From an uncultured Pseudomonadota bacterium (GTDB taxonomy: Bacteria > SAR324 > NAC60-12), in NCBI GenBank assembly GCA_913020725.1, contig CAJWCD010000111.1, forward strand, positions 1-12,157: a DNA stretch of 12,157 nt, in the 5' to 3' direction. The translations under genes and the position numbers were made by a program. Shown here piece after piece: positions 6,600 through 12,157 of the stretch (the first letter of the stretch is position 1; each line of letters starts with the position of its first letter). Below the pieces are notes generated by a model. That model was not told the DNA's origin. It saw nothing but the letters and a program-made list of their open reading frames with translations, and made no database searches.

Positions 6600-7889
6600 A
6601 TGCCTGAAACCGCCATCCTCCAACTCCCGGATCAATCCCTTGAACTTCCTCTGCTGACGGGAACCGAGAATGAAAAAGCCATTGACATTTCCAAGCTCCG
6701 CGCCCAAACCGGTTACATCACGCTGGACACGGGCTTCATGAACACCGGCTCCTGCACAAGTGCGGTCACGTTCCTCGATGGAGAAAAGGGCATTCTGCGT
6801 TACCGAGGCTATCCCATCGAGCAACTTGCCGAGCACTCCTCTTTTGTCGAGGTCTCCTACCTGTTGATTTACGGGGAACTGCCCACGCAGGAGCAGCTTG
6901 CCAGTTTTTCGGGACTGCTCTCCCAGCACTCGCTGATTCACGAGGACTTGAAGCAGGTCTTTGGCGGGTTTTCGAAATCGGCACACCCGATGGTGATCCT
7001 CTCGGCAATGGTGGCCTCGCTTTCAGCGTACTATTCGGAGGCCTCTGGAAAAGCATCCGTGGAGAATCTGGACATCAACGCCGCTCGGTTGCTGGCGAAG
7101 ATCCGGACAATCGCTGCGTTCTCCTTCAAGAAAACCATTGGCCAACCCTTCACCTATCCGACAGACTCTCTGGCCTACGTTCCGAACTTTCTCAACATGA
7201 TGTTCGCGGTGCCTGCCGAGTCTTACGAGATTCATCCGGATGTGGCTCGCGCCCTAGAACTCCTGCTCATCCTCCACGCAGACCATGAGCAGAATTGCAG
7301 TACCTCGACGGTGCGCGTTGTTGGCAGTTCGATGGCCAATGTTTACGCCTCGGTCGCTTCCGGTATCCTCGCACTCTGGGGACCGTTGCATGGTGGGGCC
7401 AACCAAGCCGTGCTGGAAATGTTGGCGCAGATTCAGAGCGACGGTGGCGATGTGGACAAGTTCATCAAACTTGGCAAGGACCCGGATTCCGGATTCCGTT
7501 TAATGGGCTTCGGGCATCGTGTTTACAAAAACTACGACCCGCGAGCAAAAATCATCAAAGGCGCCTGCGACCGTGTACTCCGTTCCCTCGGTGTGCAGGA
7601 TCCGCTGCTTGATATCGCCCGCAAGTTGGAAGAAGCCGCCCTCTCCGATCCTTACTTTGTGGAGCGCAAGCTCTACCCCAACGTCGATTTCTACAGTGGC
7701 ATCATCTACCGGGCGCTTGGGATTCCATCGAACATGTTCACCGTGATGTTCGCGCTGGGTCGGGTTCCGGGCTGGATTGCCCAGTGGAAGGAGATGCACG
7801 AGGACCCTCGCACCAAAATCGCCCGCCCGCGTCAGCTCTACATCGGCTCCCCGATTCGGGACTACGTTCCCGTGAACCAGCGAGGCTGA
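6600..7889 (+). CDS. gltA: Citrate synthase (long, Gram-negative GltA type)
   Basis: 429 aa. DTGFMNTGSC.S.VTFLDGEKGILRYRGYPIEQLA, LHADHEQNCSTSTVR, LWGPLHGGAN, LMGFGHRVYKNYDPRA, YPNVDFYSG and RPRQLY.G. Confidence 0.97.
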   Translation: MPETAILQLPDQSLELPLLTGTENEKAIDISKLRAQTGYITLDTGFMNTGSCTSAVTFLDGEKGILRYRGYPIEQLAEHSSFVEVSYLLIYGELPTQEQLASFSGLLSQHSLIHEDLKQVFGGFSKSAHPMVILSAMVASLSAYYSEASGKASVENLDINAARLLAKIRTIAAFSFKKTIGQPFTYPTDSLAYVPNFLNMMFAVPAESYEIHPDVARALELLLILHADHEQNCSTSTVRVVGSSMANVYASVASGILALWGPLHGGANQAVLEMLAQIQSDGGDVDKFIKLGKDPDSGFRLMGFGHRVYKNYDPRAKIIKGACDRVLRSLGVQDPLLDIARKLEEAALSDPYFVERKLYPNVDFYSGIIYRALGIPSNMFTVMFALGRVPGWIAQWKEMHEDPRTKIARPRQLYIGSPIRDYVPVNQRG

Positions 7890-7915
7890 GTCGGGTTAGA
7901 ACGCAACTTGCATCC

Positions 7916-7949
7916 TTGTTCAGAGGGCGTGGCTATCACGCTCTGACAA
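7916..7949. other. Intergenic stem-loop between gltA and fliM
   Basis: TTGT-TCAGAG(GG)CGTG-GCTAT-CACGCTCTGA-CAA forms a bulged stem with a 5-nt loop. No 3' U-tract, so it is not a canonical intrinsic terminator. Confidence 0.4.
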
Positions 7950-7970
7950 CCCCATAATCAACGAGACAGG

Positions 7971-8981
7971 ATGGCATCAGTTCTAGCACAAGAAGAGGTT
8001 GACGCGCTCCTTCAGGGAGTCGCCAGCGACGACCTAGGCATTGAGGACGAAGAAGATGAGGAGTACGACCCTACCGAGATCGTGCCCTTTGACCTGACGG
8101 CGCAAGATCGCATCATCCGGGGACGCATGCCAACTCTGGAGATCATCCATGATCGCTTTGTTCGACTCTTCCGGCTCACACTTTCCAACGCGCTGCGCAA
8201 GGTGGTGGACATCAGCGTACGTTCCACCGAACTCATCAAGTTCGGAGAATTCCTCAAGACGCTGCCGGTCCCTTCGTCCATGAACCTGTTCCGGATGACC
8301 CCACTGCGGGGTAACGCGATCATGGTGCTGGAGACCCGCTTGGTCTTCACGCTAATCGATCTCTTTTTCGGAGGTTCTGGAGAACTGGAGGTGAAGGCAG
8401 AGGGGCGGGATTTCACCGAAATCGAAAACCGCATGATCAAGCGCGTGGTGATCAGCGGGTTGGAGGATTTGCAAAGCTCCTGGCGTCCGGTCTTTCCAGT
8501 GCAGATCAACTACACCCGCTCCGAAATCAACCCGCAGTTTGTCGCCATCGTCCCCCACAGTGAAATCGTCATCGTTGTGACCTTTGACGTAGAGGTTGGA
8601 CGCGCCCCGATGTCGATCACGATTTGTGTGCCCTATTCGATGATCGAGCCGATCCGGACGCGCTTGAATGCGGGTTTCCAAAGCGAGCAGGACGAGAAGG
8701 ACAACACTTGGAGCAACCGTTTCAAGAAGAACCTCGACGAGACGTATGTGGAACTGATCGCACAGTTGGGGGCAACGAAGATGTCCGTCAGCGATTTCCT
8801 CAACCTCCAGCGGGGTGACTTGATCGACTTGGAGCATGAAACCCAATACCCCATCAACGTGTTGGCCAACGGCGTCCCTAAGTTCACGGGTTTTCAGGGT
8901 GCGTACAAGGGTCGCAAGGCCATCAGCATCCATGAGTTGGTTTACGTCCCGCCTGCCGTGGATGAAATCCTGCAAGGCTAG
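7971..8981 (+). CDS. fliM: Flagellar motor switch protein FliM
   Basis: 336 aa. N-terminal CheY-binding-like VLAQEEVDALL, FDLT.QDRIIRGRMPTLEIIHDRF.R, FliG-binding FGGSG, EGRDFTEIE, SEINPQFVAIV, CVPYSMIEPIR, and C-terminal SPOA-like segment L.LQRGDLI.L...NGVPKF.G..G. Confidence 0.95.
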   Translation: MASVLAQEEVDALLQGVASDDLGIEDEEDEEYDPTEIVPFDLTAQDRIIRGRMPTLEIIHDRFVRLFRLTLSNALRKVVDISVRSTELIKFGEFLKTLPVPSSMNLFRMTPLRGNAIMVLETRLVFTLIDLFFGGSGELEVKAEGRDFTEIENRMIKRVVISGLEDLQSSWRPVFPVQINYTRSEINPQFVAIVPHSEIVIVVTFDVEVGRAPMSITICVPYSMIEPIRTRLNAGFQSEQDEKDNTWSNRFKKNLDETYVELIAQLGATKMSVSDFLNLQRGDLIDLEHETQYPINVLANGVPKFTGFQGAYKGRKAISIHELVYVPPAVDEILQG

Positions 8982-11023
8982 GGGGGAGTTTCCACCTCAA
9001 GCTGGTGAATCTCCAAATCCGGGGAGGGTTCGCAAACAGACACCTCGACTCGGATCGGCTCCACACTCACCGCATTGATCCGCAAGAGCACCCGCTCGCC
9101 CTTTTTCCAGATGGCAAATCCAGAGGTTCGGAAAACGTAGCCAATCGCCTCCAGTTCAAACTCCGTGACTTGATTGGGCAGTTGCCGTCGGATTTTCGCC
9201 TTGAAGACTCCTCCAAGGTGCTGGGACAGGTAGCGCGTTTTCCAGTAGCGGATCACTTCCCGCTCCGCCCGGGCATATCCCTTCTGCCGCACCTCCGACA
9301 ACTCGGCCCAACGCATCAGATCTTCCGTCGAAAAGGGAGGATCGTTTTCACGAAATAATGCCCGTAGTTGATGTTGGGCGACCAAATCTGGGAAGCGCCG
9401 AATCGGCGATGTCGCTTGCATGTAGGGTTCGCAGGCAAGTCCGGCGTGCAAGCCCGGAATTGTGGTCAGTCGTGCCGCCTCCAAGCTGAGGTGTTCCAAG
9501 GCCAGTTCCTCCCCTTCCTTCACTTCGCCAACCACCTCATAGGGGGCTTGGGTCCGGAAAATTCCCGGAACCTTGCGTTCCTGAAAGAAGCATGCGGTTT
9601 CGCGATTCACCAGCACCGCCAATTCCTCGATGATGCGGTTGGCCGGGCTGTTGCGGTTGAGGGCTTGGATGACCACCGCCTCCGGGTTCGAGATGTCGAT
9701 CTCAAATTCGGTTCTGCGCAGATTGAGCGCCCCGTCTTCCAGACGCTTGCCCAGTAGTCCTTCGCAACACTCGTGGAGCAAGCCCCAAAATTCCTGCCCC
9801 ATTGCAATGCGTTCGTCCGCTTCTGCATAGCTCAGGTTTTCATCAATCCTCACCCGCTGCGGCACGATTTCCTGAAGCTGCCAACTGCCGTTGCGGAAAA
9901 GTTGAATGCGGTAGGACAGCACTGCCCGTTCGCTTCCGGCCCGCAGTGAAAAAGCGTCCTCAGCCAGTTCCGGAGGCAGCATCGGATGGGTGGCTTCCAA
10001 GGTGTAAACCGAGGAGGCCCGCGCCTCCGCTTCAATGAAAAGGGGCGAATCCGGAGCAATCGCGTGGGCCAGATCGGTGATGTGAACCACCAGCACTAGG
10101 CTGTTGAGGCTCCATTCCAATACTGTGAAGGCATCGTCATAATCCCGCGTTTTCTCAGAATCAATGGTGACCGTGGAGGTCGCTTCCGGTAGGGTGGGGA
10201 GGTCTGGTAGCGGCAAATCTTGCAGCGTGGACGCGGCTTCCAGCACGGGCTGGGAAAAGCGTTCCCGCACTTGGGCTTGCAACAGGATCATCCTGCCTGC
10301 CGAAACCGGACGCCCCGCAAGCGCGAGCAGTCTCCGCAGCCGTTGCTGTTCTGAGACATCAAGGATCAAGCCGAGTCCGAGCAGCGAGGCAAATTCCTTC
10401 CAGTGGGGAGCGTCTCGACCTTCGGAGAGCAGTCGCACGAGTTGCGCCAGCCAACCCTCCTGCTGTTCGCTACGAGGCGTTTCCGGAGTCCACTCCCCCA
10501 CTTCCAACTGCCGCACCCACTCTTGAATCTGTGCGACTTTTTCGGCGCGGGCTTGTTCCCGTGCAAGCTGGGCGTCCAGTTGGGCCAACTCTTCGGCACT
10601 ACGTGGCAGGTAACCCTGACTCCGAGTGCAACGAAACCAGCGTTCATCCGCTTGCAGCGCCAGCAGCAGTCCCGCCTGATCCAGCACGTCTTCCGGATCG
10701 GTCAGGAAGGTCTCCGTCAACTCGGCCAGCGTGTATTCCTCCCCCACTTCGCAGAGGCCGTGCATGGTTTCCAGATCGTGGGCCTGTTGGAAAAACTCCG
10801 CTTTTTCAAGTTGATCGGGCAATTCAGCAAGGGCGGAGTTGGTGTCCGCAAAGGTGGCAGCTGGAGGCCAAGTGTGCAGCAATCGAGCTTCCGGCAGGAA
10901 CTGCGTCTTGCCCTGAAGCGGCTGGACGACGAGCTTGTTCTTCTGCATCCCTGTGATCCAGCCAGAATCCAAACGGTTGTCCCGATAGAACAGGCAGAAA
11001 TGGTGCAGAGGCGGGGCTGGCAT
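8978..11023 (-). CDS. RNB-domain exoribonuclease (RNase II/R family)
   Basis: 681 aa. Catalytic motif TIDSEKTRDYDDAF retains all four Asp of the RNase II active-site motif. Also VHITD, SVY...PMLP.ELAE..FSL, LSY.EAD, RIIEEL.VLVN and H.GL....Y..ATSPIRRFPDLV, plus a C-terminal S1-like region. Confidence 0.9.
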   Translation of the reverse strand: MPAPPLHHFCLFYRDNRLDSGWITGMQKNKLVVQPLQGKTQFLPEARLLHTWPPAATFADTNSALAELPDQLEKAEFFQQAHDLETMHGLCEVGEEYTLAELTETFLTDPEDVLDQAGLLLALQADERWFRCTRSQGYLPRSAEELAQLDAQLAREQARAEKVAQIQEWVRQLEVGEWTPETPRSEQQEGWLAQLVRLLSEGRDAPHWKEFASLLGLGLILDVSEQQRLRRLLALAGRPVSAGRMILLQAQVRERFSQPVLEAASTLQDLPLPDLPTLPEATSTVTIDSEKTRDYDDAFTVLEWSLNSLVLVVHITDLAHAIAPDSPLFIEAEARASSVYTLEATHPMLPPELAEDAFSLRAGSERAVLSYRIQLFRNGSWQLQEIVPQRVRIDENLSYAEADERIAMGQEFWGLLHECCEGLLGKRLEDGALNLRRTEFEIDISNPEAVVIQALNRNSPANRIIEELAVLVNRETACFFQERKVPGIFRTQAPYEVVGEVKEGEELALEHLSLEAARLTTIPGLHAGLACEPYMQATSPIRRFPDLVAQHQLRALFRENDPPFSTEDLMRWAELSEVRQKGYARAEREVIRYWKTRYLSQHLGGVFKAKIRRQLPNQVTEFELEAIGYVFRTSGFAIWKKGERVLLRINAVSVEPIRVEVSVCEPSPDLEIHQLEVETPP

Positions 11024-11032
11024 CTGGCGGCG

Positions 11033-11503
11033 TCAAGCCGTGGAGGAATCCTCAGGAGGCATTCCGGAGGGTTGACTCTCAAGCAAACGCTGGGCACGAG
11101 CCCAGTCCGCTTGTGAGACCATCACCTGGACCAGCATCTCTCCCATCGGCAACATGCTCGCGTTGTGACGGTTGAAAACGTGGACCGCAATGCCGTGGTG
11201 CTGCAACAAGGAGGCGGTGAGGTCGGCTTCGTGCAGCACGGGTGATGCAAACACCTCTCGCAATCCAGAGCCTTCCTCTTGTGCCCTGCGTTCGCGCTCC
11301 CGCTGCTTGCGAAAGGCATCCAACGACACCACCTTGCCGTCTGCATTCACAGGTTCCTCTACTGCAGACCACAGGCGTGGCCCCTGAAAAACGAGCCAGC
11401 CCACGGCGCACACCACGACCATTGTGGCCCCAAGGGACAAAGGTCCCGCTCCCCAGCTCAAGAGGGTGGACAGCACAAGGACGGTAAGCAGGTGGTAAGG
11501 CAT
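11033..11503 (-). CDS. Membrane-anchored DUF2007-like (putative signal-transducing) protein
   Basis: 156 aa from ATG 11503 (MPYHLLTVLV...). Two N-terminal hydrophobic segments, a charged linker, then VF......EADL..SLL...GI.VHV...N.SM.P.....VQVMV...D..RA.RLL, typical of DUF2007. The stop lies 9 nt before the RNB gene start. The start is uncertain because the ORF is open to 11611. Confidence 0.7.
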   Translation of the reverse strand: MPYHLLTVLVLSTLLSWGAGPLSLGATMVVVCAVGWLVFQGPRLWSAVEEPVNADGKVVSLDAFRKQRERERRAQEEGSGLREVFASPVLHEADLTASLLQHHGIAVHVFNRHNASMLPMGEMLVQVMVSQADWARAQRLLESQPSGMPPEDSSTA

Positions 11504-11697
11504 ACGAGATTGATGGGTTCCAGCAACCAGATTCAATGTAGGTGTACCACACTCCGGCTTCGTGTTACAACACAAACCGTCCACACCTCCGGATGGTCGT
11601 GCTTGAGTCACGTTCCCGCCAACCTCGATCTTTCTCGCTCCGTTTACTCTGTTGGTTACCGGGGGAGTAATTAGCGCAACAGTGTACCTGTGCCCGG

Positions 11698-12157
11698 TTA
11701 CTCCACCCTTGGCTCCCCCTCGCCCCAGCCGAAGACCGGGCAGTTCGTGCGCTTGTTGCCGTTTTCATCCTCCCGGATGGACTGCAAGGCCAGCCCGGTG
11801 TTGCCATGCTCAAAGAGGTAGGAGATCGGCATATTGTACACCGTTCCGGAGACGTTGTCCGTCCCGTTCGCGCAGTTGACTTGGGCAAGGTCCGAGGCGC
11901 TGCCCTGAAAGTGCAGGGTCGAGCCGAGCGCAAGGAACACGTTGTCGTCAACGACGTTGCCTGTGTTCGCTCCGGTCCACTGGTTGTTCTCGATGGTGAC
12001 GTTGTTCACACTCGCAGAAACCTTGTCCACCAAATGCAGCCCACTTTGGTGGCCTCGGATGGTCACGTTCCCCAGATCAAGAATAGCCCCGTAACCAGAC
12101 CAGATGCCCCACTTTGCGTTGTTTTCGATGGTTGTGTCCCGCGCATCCAGCGTGGAG
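11698..12157 (-). CDS. C-terminal part of a right-handed parallel beta-helix repeat protein (partial; start lies outside the window)
   Basis: The frame is open from the window edge: STLDARDTTIENNAKWGIWSGYGAILDLGNVTIRGHQSGLHLVDKVSASVNNVTIENNQWTG... It has three ~22-residue T-I-x-N/G-x(3-4)-G-I/L rungs and ends at TAA 11700-11698. Confidence 0.7.
   Translation of the reverse strand, partial: STLDARDTTIENNAKWGIWSGYGAILDLGNVTIRGHQSGLHLVDKVSASVNNVTIENNQWTGANTGNVVDDNVFLALGSTLHFQGSASDLAQVNCANGTDNVSGTVYNMPISYLFEHGNTGLALQSIREDENGNKRTNCPVFGWGEGEPRVE

Noticed and set aside
11644..11704. Inverted repeats (TTACTC/GAGTAA, CCGGG/CCCGG) after the beta-helix gene as a terminator
   Set aside because: Short stems with long loops and no U-tract on the - strand.
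1..12157. CRISPR arrays, IS/transposase, integrase, retron RT, tRNA/rRNA, defence systems
   Set aside because: No regularly spaced direct repeats, terminal inverted repeats, RNA-gene signatures or matching protein motifs were seen.

Overview
A gene-dense bacterial chromosomal window with no CRISPR array, mobile element or RNA gene that I can recognise. The + strand begins with the tail of an unidentified CDS and a ~480-bp intergenic region rich in inverted repeats, including a perfect 10-3-10 palindrome. A probable operon follows: glutathionyl-hydroquinone reductase (YqjG/Ecm4 family), TVP38/DedA-family membrane protein, class-I flavoprotein disulfide oxidoreductase (MerA/Lpd-like but lacking the hallmarks of either), secreted DUF547 protein, type II haloacid dehalogenase, and a 74-aa single-TM protein. 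After it come argF, gltA and an orphan fliM. The convergent - strand carries the C-terminus of a beta-helix protein, a membrane-anchored DUF2007-like protein and an RNB-domain (RNase II family) exoribonuclease. The best leads are: (i) the redox/detox-looking operon, whose DedA and oxidoreductase ORFs are in frame and split by a single TGA; (ii) an SspB-alpha-like 'KVVSLDAFRK' motif inside the membrane DUF2007-like protein; (iii) the structured upstream intergenic region. All family calls come from motif recognition by eye, and no searches were run.
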